IMG/VR virus record: IMGVR_UViG_3300030085_002155
Direction: 5' to 3' (one strand)
Length of the DNA: 64,000 nt
From: an uncultured virus (IMG/VR IMGVR_UViG_3300030085_002155)
Taxonomy: Duplodnaviria > Heunggongvirae > Uroviricota > Caudoviricetes
Shown here: in pieces, positions 46,126-55,927 of the stretch
Layout: every line of letters begins with the position of its first letter
Position numbering within the stretch: the stretch's first letter is position 1
Position numbers and translations under genes: made by a program
The notes under the pieces: generated by a model
What the model was told of the DNA's origin: nothing
The model's database searches: none
What the model saw: the letters and a program-made list of their open reading frames with translations, nothing else

Positions 46126-47727
46126 ATGGCCCGCCTTTTTGGATTTTCGATAGAAGATAATCAAAGACTTTCTAAGTCTGCCCAGTCCCCCGTTCCTCCA
46201 AATTCGGAGGACGGGGTTGACTACTTTCTAAGTAGTGGGTTCTTTGGACAATACGTTGACATTGAAGGCGTATATAAAACAGAGTTTGATTTAATTAAGA
46301 GATATCGTGAGATGTCTTTGCATCCCGAGTGCGACAATGCTATCGAAGATGTTGTTAATGAAGCTATCGTAAGTGATTCAAACGATCACCCGATTGACAT
46401 TAATTTAGATAATCTAAATGCTGGTGATACTTTGAAGAAAGTCATCAGACAAGAATTTAAATATGTTTTAGATTTATTGGATTTTGATAAAAAGTGTCAT
46501 GAAATTTTCCGCAACTGGTATGTTGACGGAAGAATCTTCTATCATAAAATCATCGATCTTAAGAGACCACAAGATGGTATTCAAGAGATCAGACATATTG
46601 ATTCGGCTAAAATCCGATTCATTCGTCAAGAGAAAAAGAAAGAAGATAACATCAGACTTCCTAACGAGAATCTAAATAAAGACGCAAAGATTGAACCACC
46701 CGAGATTGAAGAGTATTTTCTCTACAATCCACAAACCAGATATGGTATTGGCAACTATGGTGCCAATAAGGGTGGCATCAAACTTGCAAAGGATGCCGTT
46801 TCGTATTGTTATTCTGGATTGGTTGATAGAAATAAGCAAACGTCTTTGTCTTATCTCCACAAAGCAATCAAGTCTCTCAATCAACTTCGTATGATTGAAG
46901 ATGCGCTTGTAATCTATAGATTATCTCGCGCACCAGAACGTCGTGTTTTCTACATTGACGTTGGTAATCTGCCCAAAGTAAAGGCAGAATCCTATCTCCG
47001 CGATGTCATGCAAAGATATCGCAACAAACTTGTATATGATGCTAACACGGGTGAAATCAGAGATGACAAGAAGTTCATGTCCATGATGGAGGACTTCTGG
47101 TTACCTCGCCGCGAGGGAGGGCGCGGTACAGAAATCTCTACCCTTCCTGGCGGGCAAAACCTTGGCGAATTAGCCGATATTCAATATTTCCAGAAAAAAC
47201 TTTATAAGTCACTGAACGTACCGGATTCCAGAATTACTGGAGAGTCTGGTTTCAATCTCGGAAGATCCTCTGAGATTTTAAGAGATGAACTTAAGTTTAC
47301 CAAATTTGTTGGAAGACTGAGAAAGAGATTCAGTAATCTTTTCTTAGATATGCTGAAGACACAGTTGGTTCTTAAGAACGTTATTGCTCTGGAAGATTGG
47401 GACAGAATGTCTGAGCACATTCAGTTCGATTTCTTGTATGACAATCATTTCTCTGAACTGAAAGAAGCTGAACTGATGAATGAAAGACTTGGTTTGGCTG
47501 CTAACATTGATCCTTACGTTGGTAAGTATTACTCCGTTGAATATGTGAGAAAGAAAATTCTCCGTCAGACGGAAGAAGAAGTCAGTGAAATCGACGATCA
47601 GATTAAAAAAGAAATGGACGCTGGTATTATTATTGATCCAAACTTGGCTCCTACTGAGCCAGTTGGTCAAGATGCCGCAGGACCAGAACTGGGTAATGTC
47701 CCACAAGACCAAGTTATTGTGAGTTAA
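46126..47727 (+). CDS. gp20: Portal vertex protein gp20
   Basis: LSYLHKAIK..NQLRMIEDALVIYRLSRAPERRVFYIDVGNLPK, EDFWLPRREGGRGTEI. Confidence 0.98.
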   Translation: MARLFGFSIEDNQRLSKSAQSPVPPNSEDGVDYFLSSGFFGQYVDIEGVYKTEFDLIKRYREMSLHPECDNAIEDVVNEAIVSDSNDHPIDINLDNLNAGDTLKKVIRQEFKYVLDLLDFDKKCHEIFRNWYVDGRIFYHKIIDLKRPQDGIQEIRHIDSAKIRFIRQEKKKEDNIRLPNENLNKDAKIEPPEIEEYFLYNPQTRYGIGNYGANKGGIKLAKDAVSYCYSGLVDRNKQTSLSYLHKAIKSLNQLRMIEDALVIYRLSRAPERRVFYIDVGNLPKVKAESYLRDVMQRYRNKLVYDANTGEIRDDKKFMSMMEDFWLPRREGGRGTEISTLPGGQNLGELADIQYFQKKLYKSLNVPDSRITGESGFNLGRSSEILRDELKFTKFVGRLRKRFSNLFLDMLKTQLVLKNVIALEDWDRMSEHIQFDFLYDNHFSELKEAELMNERLGLAANIDPYVGKYYSVEYVRKKILRQTEEEVSEIDDQIKKEMDAGIIIDPNLAPTEPVGQDAAGPELGNVPQDQVIVS

Positions 47728-47733
47728 TTAACT

Positions 47734-47741
47734 TATAAATA
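47734..47741 (+). promoter_or_regulatory. Late promoter
   Basis: TATAAATA before ORF 47770. Confidence 0.75.
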
Positions 47742-47769
47742 ACTTAAGATCAATATATCTACTAAAATA

Positions 47770-47973
47770 ATGGAAGAACTAGTTGATTTGATGGTGAGTA
47801 ATGAGTCTCCCTCTCAAGTCGCAGATAGAATTAAAGATATTTTATTTGCCAAGTCTGCATCGAAAATCGAAGATTTAAAACCATCGGTTGCAAATTCTTT
47901 GTTTAACGATGCAAGTGAAGAACCTGAGGAAGAGATTGAAGTTGACCAAGAACAATCCGAGGAAGAGGAGTAA
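47770..47973 (+). CDS. Small acidic prohead core protein (gp67-like position)
   Basis: 67 aa with Glu-rich tail, between portal and protease. Confidence 0.7.
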   Translation: MEELVDLMVSNESPSQVADRIKDILFAKSASKIEDLKPSVANSLFNDASEEPEEEIEVDQEQSEEEE

Positions 47974-48242
47974 TGGCAAGGACTTTATGTAAAGGTGCCG
48001 AGGCAGCCTGCCCAACAACAACTGGAACTGCTACTAGTTTTTCTGAGGCAACTGTTGTTCGTTTAGTCAACACCCATACTTCGGCACATCTCGTCACTGT
48101 TGTAGAAGAACAAAGTGGTGATACTGTTGGATCTTTTACTATGCCTGCAGGAACTGTAGAATATCTTGAGAAAAACCCTACCCAGTGTGTGTTTGCCGCA
48201 AACGCTGGCGTTAAAGGAGCACAAGTAGGATTTACCGCATAA
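47973..48242 (+). CDS. Conserved cyanophage protein, putative structural
   Basis: ATVVRLVN...GSFTMP...YLEK...GAQVGFT; coupled by TAATG. Confidence 0.75.
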   Translation: MARTLCKGAEAACPTTTGTATSFSEATVVRLVNTHTSAHLVTVVEEQSGDTVGSFTMPAGTVEYLEKNPTQCVFAANAGVKGAQVGFTA

Positions 48243-48246
48243 AAAA

Positions 48247-48897
48247 ATGAAACTTATCAGAGAAGAAATCGAGTCTGTTGATTTTATCGTTGAAGAACGC
48301 AACGGTAAAAAACAACTCTATATCGAAGGAGTTTTCTTGCAAGGAAACATCAAGAACCGTAATGGTCGGATGTATCCAATGGAAACTCTTCGTAAAGAGG
48401 TGGGCAGATATAACGAAAACCATGTTCAAGCCGGCCGTGCTCTCGGTGAACTTGGTCACCCCGAGGGTCCTACCGTAAATCTCGATAGGGTTTCTCATAA
48501 GATCGTTTCTCTGAAAGAGAGTGGTTCTAACTTTGTTGGTAAGGCAAAGATCTTGAATACCCCTATGGGTAAGATTGCATCTTCTCTTATCAGTGAAGGC
48601 GTAAAACTCGGTGTTTCTTCTCGTGGTATTGGTTCATTGAAACAAACCCGTGAAGGTGTAAACATCGTCGGTGATGATTTCATGTTGGCAACTGCCGCTG
48701 ATATCGTCGCTGATCCTTCTGCTCCTGATGCTTTTGTTGAAGGAATTATGGAAGGAAAAGACTGGGTTTGGGAAGGTGGTATTCTTCGCGAAAACTTCGC
48801 AGAGAAAACCTACAAGGAAATTAACACTCTGGTAACCCAGAAACAACTTGACGAGAAAAAGTTAAGCCTATTTAATGATTTCCTCGCAAATCTTTAA
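48247..48897 (+). CDS. gp21: Prohead protease gp21
   Basis: MKLIREEI, NRNGRMYP, RALGELGHP, LGVSSRGIGS, DIVADPSAPDAFV. Confidence 0.97.
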   Translation: MKLIREEIESVDFIVEERNGKKQLYIEGVFLQGNIKNRNGRMYPMETLRKEVGRYNENHVQAGRALGELGHPEGPTVNLDRVSHKIVSLKESGSNFVGKAKILNTPMGKIASSLISEGVKLGVSSRGIGSLKQTREGVNIVGDDFMLATAADIVADPSAPDAFVEGIMEGKDWVWEGGILRENFAEKTYKEINTLVTQKQLDEKKLSLFNDFLANL

Positions 48898-48899
48898 TG

Positions 48900-48907
48900 T
48901 ATAAATA
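48900..48907 (+). promoter_or_regulatory. Late promoter
   Basis: TATAAATA(AATA) before gp22. Confidence 0.75.
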
Positions 48908-48944
48908 AATATAGATTATAACTAGGTAATCGGAGTACTTTCAA

Positions 48945-50060
48945 ATGTCGCGTGGAGACTTACAAGAAATGGAAGCAAGCACTACACAGTCCAAGACTGC
49001 TGTAAATGCTAATGCGAAGCCAGGCGATCCTATGCCTAAAATGGCAGATCCCGGCACTCAGCTCGCAAACGTCGAAGATCTCGGTGGTCCATCCCCTGAG
49101 AACTACAAACCTGATGACGATTCAGCTAAGCTGAAGACTCCAGGTAACACCATTAAATCGGTGAAAGACGTTGTGAACCGTGGAGCAAAAGCAGCAGAAT
49201 CTATGGCTAAAATGAAGGAAGAATCTGAATCTGAAGAAGATCAGACTATTTCTGAAGAAGAGCAAGAAGATGCTGATTACGAAGTAGAACTTCGTATTCC
49301 TGCTGAAGCGGGCGGCGAGGCACCTCAGGAGAAAGTGCTGAATGTAGAAGAGGACGTAGAAGCCCTTCTCGCAGGCGAAGAACTCAGTGAAGAGTTCAAA
49401 GACAAGGCAAAGACCATCTTTGAAGCCGCACTGAGCGCCAGAGCAAAAGAAATCCAAGAAGCCTTGGATGCTCAAATGCAAGAGACGATTTCGGAAGAAG
49501 TCGAACTCTTCAAGACCGAACTTCAGGAAAGAGTTGATTCGTATCTTGAGTATGTTTCTCAAGAGTGGATCGAAGAAAACTCTCTCCAAGTTGAAGCCGG
49601 TCTTAAGTCTGAGATGACTGAATCCTTCTTAGAAGGTATGAAGTCCCTCTTTGAAGAACATTATGTACATATCGATGAAGATAAATATGATGTTGTTGAG
49701 TCTATGGTAGACAAATTAGATGAAATGGAGTCCAAACTTAACGAGCAAATCGAGAGAAATATTTCTCTGAACAAGAGACTTGCTGAGTCGGTTGCAGATG
49801 TAATTCTGTCCGATGTTTCTGAAGGCCTTGCGGTTTCCCAGAAAGAAAAACTTGCCTCTCTTGCAGAAACTGTTGAGTTTGAAAGTGAAGAAAACTATCG
49901 TGGCAAACTGGAGACTCTGAAAGAGTCGTACTTCTCTAAGAAGCCAGTTGCACAAAATGACTCTGAACTGCAGAGCCTTTCTGAGGCTACCGAGACGGTA
50001 ACCAGTAGCGACACTATGAGCGCCTACATGAAGGCACTGTCGATGCAAGTCAATAAGTGA
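48945..50060 (+). CDS. gp22: Prohead scaffold protein gp22
   Basis: LSEEFKDKAKTIFEAA, VDSYLEYV..EW, KLETLKESYF. Confidence 0.95.
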   Translation: MSRGDLQEMEASTTQSKTAVNANAKPGDPMPKMADPGTQLANVEDLGGPSPENYKPDDDSAKLKTPGNTIKSVKDVVNRGAKAAESMAKMKEESESEEDQTISEEEQEDADYEVELRIPAEAGGEAPQEKVLNVEEDVEALLAGEELSEEFKDKAKTIFEAALSARAKEIQEALDAQMQETISEEVELFKTELQERVDSYLEYVSQEWIEENSLQVEAGLKSEMTESFLEGMKSLFEEHYVHIDEDKYDVVESMVDKLDEMESKLNEQIERNISLNKRLAESVADVILSDVSEGLAVSQKEKLASLAETVEFESEENYRGKLETLKESYFSKKPVAQNDSELQSLSEATETVTSSDTMSAYMKALSMQVNK

Positions 50061-50113
50061 TTTTTGCATTATAAAAACTTTCAAACTTAACTAACCTATA
50101 GAGGTATCCGCAA

Positions 50114-51523
50114 ATGTTCCATTCCGAGCATCTGCAGGAAAAGTGGAAGCCCCTTCTCGAGCATGAGGGTCTTGATCCAATCAAGGACTCCCATCGTAAG
50201 GCTGTAACCGCTGTCCTGCTTGAAAACCAAGAAAAATTCCTCCGTGAAGAGCAAGCTTTTGCCCACGGAACCAACCTGATGGAAGCAGTTCCAACTAACG
50301 CAGGTAACGCCGCTGGAGCCGATGGTGGTTTCGGTGGTGGATCTGCCGCTGCTGGTCCTACTGCTGGTTTCGACCCCGTTCTGATCTCCCTGATCAGACG
50401 CTCCATGCCTAACCTGGTCGCATATGACCTGGCTGGCGTTCAGCCGATGAACGGTCCTACCGGACTGATCTTCGCAATGCGCTCCCGCTACAACAACCAG
50501 AGCGGAACCGAGGCATTCTTCAACGAGGCTGACACCGCATTCTCTGGTCAGGATTCTGGCTTCGATGAGACTGCTGGTTTCTCCGACGTTGCTGCTGGTC
50601 TGGGTACTACTTCCCAGTCTGGAACCAATCCTTCTGTTCTCAACCCTGTTGGCACCGCCTCCTCGACCGGATATGATGTCGGTCAAGGCATGGTCACTGG
50701 TGACGCTGAGAACCTTGGATCTGGTACTGGCGACCATTTCAACGAAATGGCGTTCAGCATCGAGAAGGTCACCGTTACTGCGAAGTCCAGAGCACTGAAA
50801 GCCGAGTACAGCCTTGAGCTTGCTCAGGACCTGAAGGCTATCCACGGTCTGAACGCAGAAGCGGAACTCGCTAACATCCTCAGCACTGAGATTCTTGCTG
50901 AGATCAACCGCGAGATGATCCGTACCATCTACAAGATCGCTGAACAGGGTGCTGCAGTTAACACTGCTACCGCTGGTACTTTCGACCTTGACATCGACTC
51001 CAACGGACGCTGGAGTGTTGAGAAGTTCAAGGGTCTGATCTTCCAGATCGAAAGAGATGCCAACCAGATCGCACAAAGAACTCGTAGAGGAAAGGGTAAC
51101 ATCATCCTTTGCTCCGCTGATGTTGCTTCTGCTCTGACCATGGCTGGTGTACTTGATTACACCCCTGCCCTGAACGCTAACCTGAACGTCGATGACACCG
51201 GTAACACCTTCGCCGGTACTCTGAACGGTAAGTACAGAGTCTACATCGACCCATATGCTGCTAACAACAGTGCTGATCAGTACTACGTTGTTGGTTATAA
51301 GGGTACTTCCCCTTATGACGCAGGTCTGTTCTATTGCCCATACGTTCCTCTCCAGATGGTTCGTGCCGTTGGTGAGAACACCTTCCAGCCCAAGATTGGC
51401 TTCAAGACCCGTTACGGTATTGTTGCTAACCCATTCGCTGAAGGCACCACCCAGGGTCTCGGACGCCTCCGCGTCAACAGCAACCGCTACTATCGTCGCG
51501 TCAAGGTTGCTAACCTCATGTGA
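50114..51523 (+). CDS. gp23: Major capsid protein gp23
   Basis: DPVLISLIRRSMPNL.AYD.AGVQPMNGPTGLIFAMR, SRALKAEYSLELAQDLKAIHG, FQPKIGFKTRYG; strong C-ending codon bias. Confidence 0.99.
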   Translation: MFHSEHLQEKWKPLLEHEGLDPIKDSHRKAVTAVLLENQEKFLREEQAFAHGTNLMEAVPTNAGNAAGADGGFGGGSAAAGPTAGFDPVLISLIRRSMPNLVAYDLAGVQPMNGPTGLIFAMRSRYNNQSGTEAFFNEADTAFSGQDSGFDETAGFSDVAAGLGTTSQSGTNPSVLNPVGTASSTGYDVGQGMVTGDAENLGSGTGDHFNEMAFSIEKVTVTAKSRALKAEYSLELAQDLKAIHGLNAEAELANILSTEILAEINREMIRTIYKIAEQGAAVNTATAGTFDLDIDSNGRWSVEKFKGLIFQIERDANQIAQRTRRGKGNIILCSADVASALTMAGVLDYTPALNANLNVDDTGNTFAGTLNGKYRVYIDPYAANNSADQYYVVGYKGTSPYDAGLFYCPYVPLQMVRAVGENTFQPKIGFKTRYGIVANPFAEGTTQGLGRLRVNSNRYYRRVKVANLM

Positions 51524-51550
51524 TAAATACCTTCGTGTGAAGGAAGTGCA

Positions 51551-51576
51551 AGAGGGTCTTCGGACCCTCTTTTTTT
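51551..51576 (+). terminator. Intrinsic terminator with cUUCGg tetraloop
   Basis: AGAGGGTC-TTCG-GACCCTCT followed by a T run, after gp23. Confidence 0.92.
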
Positions 51577-51595
51577 ATGTTCCACTAAATAGAAC

Positions 51596-51814
51596 ATGGA
51601 AGACTATTTCGACGATCATCTACCCGAATTAGAATGGCATGTCACATTCAATATGGGTATAGATGAATTACGACTTTTCTACGATCACATCTGCTACTCC
51701 ATAAAGGTGTGGCCAGGTTCCCCGGCTAGACCAGCTGAGGAGCAAGAGTATCTGCAAATACTTAAAAAAAGATTGTTCGCAATGATCTTGGAGTACCAAT
51801 TCACGGAAGAATAA
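51596..51814 (+). CDS. Conserved cyanophage hypothetical protein
   Basis: WPGSPARPAEEQEYL motif; late promoter CTAAATA at 51585-51591. Confidence 0.75.
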   Translation: MEDYFDDHLPELEWHVTFNMGIDELRLFYDHICYSIKVWPGSPARPAEEQEYLQILKKRLFAMILEYQFTEE

Positions 51815-51815
51815 T

Positions 51816-52388
51816 ATGGCACGATCTCCATATGATAAGCAGATTTCAAATAGAAATTTTTTATCTGCAACTAGTTTTAAATTCAGTATTGCAAAATGCC
51901 CAAAGGTTGATTTTTTATCCAACCAATGCAATGTGCCTGGTATGAATCTGTCATTGGCAACTCAACCAACTTATCTAAGACAGATTGACCTTCCCGGCGA
52001 TGAACTGTCTTTCGATGACTTTACTCTAGATTTCATGGTAGATGAAAACTTAGAGAACTTCATGGAAATACAAAAGTGGATGAGGGGTTTAGGATATCCA
52101 GAAAGTATTCAAGAGGCAAAAGATCTGGATAGTGGTAAGACGAAATTTGAGGACAAAGATCAAAAGTCAGCCGATCATAAGGTGTCCGATGGAACTCTGT
52201 CCATTCTTAACAGTTCACAAAACCCCAAATTTCTAGTAAAATTTAAAGGACTGTTCCCCGTCAGTTTGACAGGACTAGACTTTGATGCTACGGCTGGAGA
52301 CACTGCGTACTTCACATCTACCGTAACATTCAAGTATTTGCACTATGACATTGTTGATGTAAATGGCCAACCACTGTATGAATCTTGA
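51816..52388 (+). CDS. gp3: Tail tube terminator / completion protein gp3
   Basis: NRNFLS..SFKF, NVPG, FMVDENLENFMEIQKWMRGLGYP, FPVSL..LDFD. Confidence 0.9.
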   Translation: MARSPYDKQISNRNFLSATSFKFSIAKCPKVDFLSNQCNVPGMNLSLATQPTYLRQIDLPGDELSFDDFTLDFMVDENLENFMEIQKWMRGLGYPESIQEAKDLDSGKTKFEDKDQKSADHKVSDGTLSILNSSQNPKFLVKFKGLFPVSLTGLDFDATAGDTAYFTSTVTFKYLHYDIVDVNGQPLYES

Positions 52389-52809
52389 GTCTGTCCAATC
52401 AATGTGGGAGAAAGATTCCGTCATTGATCCAGACAACTTACATGATGAATCTTTGAAGATTCCACAACTACATGCGAAGTATTATGAGATGTTCAACAAT
52501 CTCATTCTTCTCAAAAAGAAAGCAGAACAACAAAAAAGAAATATCAGACACGAACGTTACGAATACTTTAGTGGCAAGGCAGATCCAGATGTCTATGTAC
52601 AAAATCCTTTCCCAAAAAAGATTCGTGACAAAGATACGATGCAGAAATATCTTGATGCCGATGAAAAACTCTCAGAGGTTTCTCTAAAAGTAGAATACTA
52701 CGAAACTCTTATAAATTATATTGATGCCATTCTGAAACAAATTTCCAACAGGACTTATCAGATAAAGAATGCAATCGAATGGCATCGATTTACTTCTGGA
52801 TTTGGGTGA
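52378..52809 (+). CDS. uvsY: Recombination mediator UvsY
   Basis: MWEKDSVID.DNLHDESLKIPQLHAKY, NRTYQIKNAIEW.RF. Confidence 0.92.
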   Translation: MNLESVQSMWEKDSVIDPDNLHDESLKIPQLHAKYYEMFNNLILLKKKAEQQKRNIRHERYEYFSGKADPDVYVQNPFPKKIRDKDTMQKYLDADEKLSEVSLKVEYYETLINYIDAILKQISNRTYQIKNAIEWHRFTSGFG

Positions 52810-53423
52810 TGAAAACAAAAAGATGTGTACCACAGACTCTTGGTTGGTTAGAAACTAAGTTAGACCCACACCAAATGAGTCACCTTGAAAGGTGCATAGA
52901 AAAAGCTAAAGGATCTGCAAAGTCAAAACTAGCAGGAAATATAAGCACAAGTCTGAACATGAAAGATGAAGATGACTTCTTCTGGTTAAATGTTCTGCAA
53001 CCACACATTGCGATGTATATGAATGAGTTTGGCGAGGTGCCAGTTCGTTCCTATACACGCACTGAGAAATCTATGTATTTGGACACGTTCTGGGTCAACT
53101 ATCAGAAGCAAGGGGAGTTTAATCCAGCACACCATCATGGCGGAATATATTCTTTTGTTGTATGGATGAATATCCCCACTCATTGGAAAGATCAATATGA
53201 TCAACCATGGTTAGAAGGTATTGTTCCAGAACAAAGAAAGGCGTCTAACTTCGAGTTTACATATACAGATATTCTTGGTGGAATGCGTCACTTTGATTAT
53301 CGATTGGATCCTAGTTCCAATGGAACAATGTTATTCTTCCCATCATCACTGATTCATGCCGTATATCCTTTCTTTAATTGTGAAGAGAATCGTATCACAA
53401 TTTCCGGCAATATATGCGTCTAA
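52809..53423 (+). CDS. 2OG-Fe(II) oxygenase family protein
   Basis: WVNYQKQGEFNPAHHH.GIYSFVVW, FFPSSLIHAVYPF, RITISGN. Confidence 0.85.
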   Translation: MKTKRCVPQTLGWLETKLDPHQMSHLERCIEKAKGSAKSKLAGNISTSLNMKDEDDFFWLNVLQPHIAMYMNEFGEVPVRSYTRTEKSMYLDTFWVNYQKQGEFNPAHHHGGIYSFVVWMNIPTHWKDQYDQPWLEGIVPEQRKASNFEFTYTDILGGMRHFDYRLDPSSNGTMLFFPSSLIHAVYPFFNCEENRITISGNICV

Positions 53424-53426
53424 ATA
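53420..53426 (+). promoter_or_regulatory. Late promoter
   Basis: CTAAATA before uvsW. Confidence 0.6.
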
Positions 53427-53447
53427 AAAACAATATGAATAATATGA

Positions 53448-54911
53448 ATGGTGGATTTGAAGATTCAAAAACTGAATGAAGTTTTTATAAAAATCGAAGC
53501 CGAACCCCACATACACCAAGAGTTATCGGATCACTTTACTTTTGATGTACCGGGTGCAAAGTTCATGCCCCAATATCGAAGTAAATATTGGGACGGAAAG
53601 ATTCGTTTATTTTCTACAGCAACTGGACAGATCTATGTTGGGTTGTTGGATAAGGTAATATCGTTTTGTAAGAATTATAATTACGACTATAAATTTGTAG
53701 ATAACAAATACTACGGAACTCCATTCGAGACAAACGATTACATCTCAATGGAGGGAGTAAAGGATTATATGAAATCTATTTGCTCTCATTCTCCCCGTCC
53801 TTATCAGGTTGACGGAGTATACGATGCATTAAAACATAATCGAAAGCTATTGATATCTCCAACAGCTTCTGGTAAATCTCTGATGATTTATTCAATCGTG
53901 AGATATTACGCAGAAAAAGGCCAAAGAATTCTCTTAGTTGTTCCAACGACATCTCTAGTAGAGCAGATGTATAAGGACTTCTTGGACTATGGTTGGGAGG
54001 CAGAGGAGTATTGTCACCGCATCTACTCTGGGCGCGAAAAGAAGGATGATCGGCCAATTACTATTACCACATGGCAATCTATATATAAACTTGAACGCAA
54101 GTGGTTTGAAAAATATAATGTAGTTATCGGAGACGAAGCGCATTTATTCAAGTCAAAGTCCTTGGTTCAGATCATGACCAAACTTCATCATGCCAAATAT
54201 AGGTTTGGATTTACTGGAACCTTAGATGGAACACAAACTCATAAGTGGGTTTTGGAAGGACTATTTGGCCCTGCATATAAAATCATTAGAACACAAGAGT
54301 TGCAAGAGAAGGGATATCTTTCCAAACTTGATATCAGATGTATTGTTTTAAAACACCCGCCTCAAAAATTTGAGACGTATGAAGATGAGATTCAGTATCT
54401 TGTCAATCATGAACAAAGAAATAATTTTATAACTAATCTAGCATTGGACCTGCATGGCAACACTTTGATTCTTTACAGTCGAGTTGAAGCACATGGAGAA
54501 CCAATATACAAAATGATAAATAATCGTAAGACCACCGACAGAAAAACATTTTTTGTACACGGTGGGGTTGATGCTTCAGAAAGAGAAGACGTTAGGTCCA
54601 TCACCGAAAAGGAATCCGATGCAATCATCGTAGCGTCTTATGGAACTTTCTCAACAGGGATCAATATAAAAAATCTACACAATGTCATTTTCGCTTCTCC
54701 AAGTAAATCCAGAGTGAGAAATCTCCAAAGCATAGGTAGGGTACTAAGAAAAGGAGACAACAAAAAGGAAGCAACTCTGTTTGATATTGGTGACGACACA
54801 ACTTACAAGTCAAGAAAGAACTACACTCTAAATCATTTGATAGAAAGAATCAAGATTTATAATGAAGAGAAGTTTAATTATGACATAATCACCGTCAAAT
54901 TAAAAACATGA
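53448..54911 (+). CDS. uvsW: SF2 helicase UvsW
   Basis: SPTASGKS, GDEAH, GFTGT, STGINIKNLH, LQSIGRVLR. Confidence 0.96.
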   Translation: MVDLKIQKLNEVFIKIEAEPHIHQELSDHFTFDVPGAKFMPQYRSKYWDGKIRLFSTATGQIYVGLLDKVISFCKNYNYDYKFVDNKYYGTPFETNDYISMEGVKDYMKSICSHSPRPYQVDGVYDALKHNRKLLISPTASGKSLMIYSIVRYYAEKGQRILLVVPTTSLVEQMYKDFLDYGWEAEEYCHRIYSGREKKDDRPITITTWQSIYKLERKWFEKYNVVIGDEAHLFKSKSLVQIMTKLHHAKYRFGFTGTLDGTQTHKWVLEGLFGPAYKIIRTQELQEKGYLSKLDIRCIVLKHPPQKFETYEDEIQYLVNHEQRNNFITNLALDLHGNTLILYSRVEAHGEPIYKMINNRKTTDRKTFFVHGGVDASEREDVRSITEKESDAIIVASYGTFSTGINIKNLHNVIFASPSKSRVRNLQSIGRVLRKGDNKKEATLFDIGDDTTYKSRKNYTLNHLIERIKIYNEEKFNYDIITVKLKT

Positions 54912-55345
54912 TAGAAGACGACTTTTATGCACACATCAAATTAATAACCGGGGAAGAACTGTTTGCAAGGGTTTCTGCTTCCGAAGAAGAGGATAGAACC
55001 ATGCTGTTACTTTCCAATCCAGTGACACTAAACGAGATTAGAGCACCTGGTACAGAAGTCCCTATGGGATATAGATTAGAACCTTGGATTAAATTTGGTG
55101 AAGAAGATCTTTATATGATAACCATGGATAGAGTCATAACGATGTCTGAGTCAAAAGACGCTGAGTGCATCGGTATGTACGAACAATTTGTTCATAAAAA
55201 TCATGAGAAGATTAAAAGAAAAAATATGGGCAACAATCCAAAAATGTCCAGAGAAATGGGTTATGTTGGTTCAGTAAAAGCAGCTAGAAAACATCTAGAA
55301 AAGATGTTCAAGTTAAAGTATTCTAAGAATACTGAAGAAAGCTAA
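54908..55345 (+). CDS. Conserved cyanophage hypothetical protein (Sm-like fold suspected)
   Basis: IKLITGEELFA...LSNPV...EPW; usual gene between uvsW and gp55. Confidence 0.75.
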   Translation: MIEDDFYAHIKLITGEELFARVSASEEEDRTMLLLSNPVTLNEIRAPGTEVPMGYRLEPWIKFGEEDLYMITMDRVITMSESKDAECIGMYEQFVHKNHEKIKRKNMGNNPKMSREMGYVGSVKAARKHLEKMFKLKYSKNTEES

Positions 55346-55394
55346 TAGCTTCTCTTGAACCTCCACAAAGGTATTTTACTCATGAAACAACAAC

Positions 55395-55423
55395 TTGTCA
55401 ACTATTTGTCTTTTTGTTATAAT
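55395..55423 (+). promoter_or_regulatory. sigma70 promoter of gp55
   Basis: TTGTCA-17 nt-TATAAT with extended -10 TG. Confidence 0.75.
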
Positions 55424-55447
55424 GTGATCAAATAAACAGTATTAGTT

Positions 55448-55927
55448 ATGGTGTATCGCAAGAAAAAATCCGAACACTATGTAAATAACAAGGAGTTTCT
55501 CGCTGCCATCATCGAGTACAAACGTCTTGTAGCATTAGCTGATGAGGCTGAGAAACCTAGACCTAGGATTCCAAATTACCTAGGGGATTGCTTTTTGAAG
55601 ATTGCAACGCACTTATCATATAAACCAAACTTTGTGAACTACATGTTCAAAGATGATATGATTTGTGATGGCATTGAAAACTGTGTTCAATATATCAACA
55701 ACTTTAATCCAGAGAAGTCTTCCAATCCATTTGCATATTTTACTCAAATCGTTCACTATGCTTTTCTGAGGCGTATTCAGAAAGAGAAGAAGCAACTGGA
55801 GATCAAAGAGAAAATTATTGAGAAGACTGGTTTTGAAAACGTCTTTGTCTCTGATGGGGAGTTGACAATTGACCAGATGTCTGAGTACAATACCATCAAG
55901 GATAATGTTCGGTCTAGACTGAGATGA
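55448..55927 (+). CDS. gp55: Late-transcription sigma factor gp55
   Basis: HYVNNKEFL, CFLKIATHLSYKPNFVNY, NPFAYFTQI..YAFLRRIQKEKKQ. Confidence 0.97.
   Translation: MVYRKKKSEHYVNNKEFLAAIIEYKRLVALADEAEKPRPRIPNYLGDCFLKIATHLSYKPNFVNYMFKDDMICDGIENCVQYINNFNPEKSSNPFAYFTQIVHYAFLRRIQKEKKQLEIKEKIIEKTGFENVFVSDGELTIDQMSEYNTIKDNVRSRLR

Noticed and set aside
50096..51076. 326-aa minus-strand ORF antisense to gp23
   Set aside because: Expected shadow of strong codon bias in a highly expressed gene; no recognisable motifs or promoter
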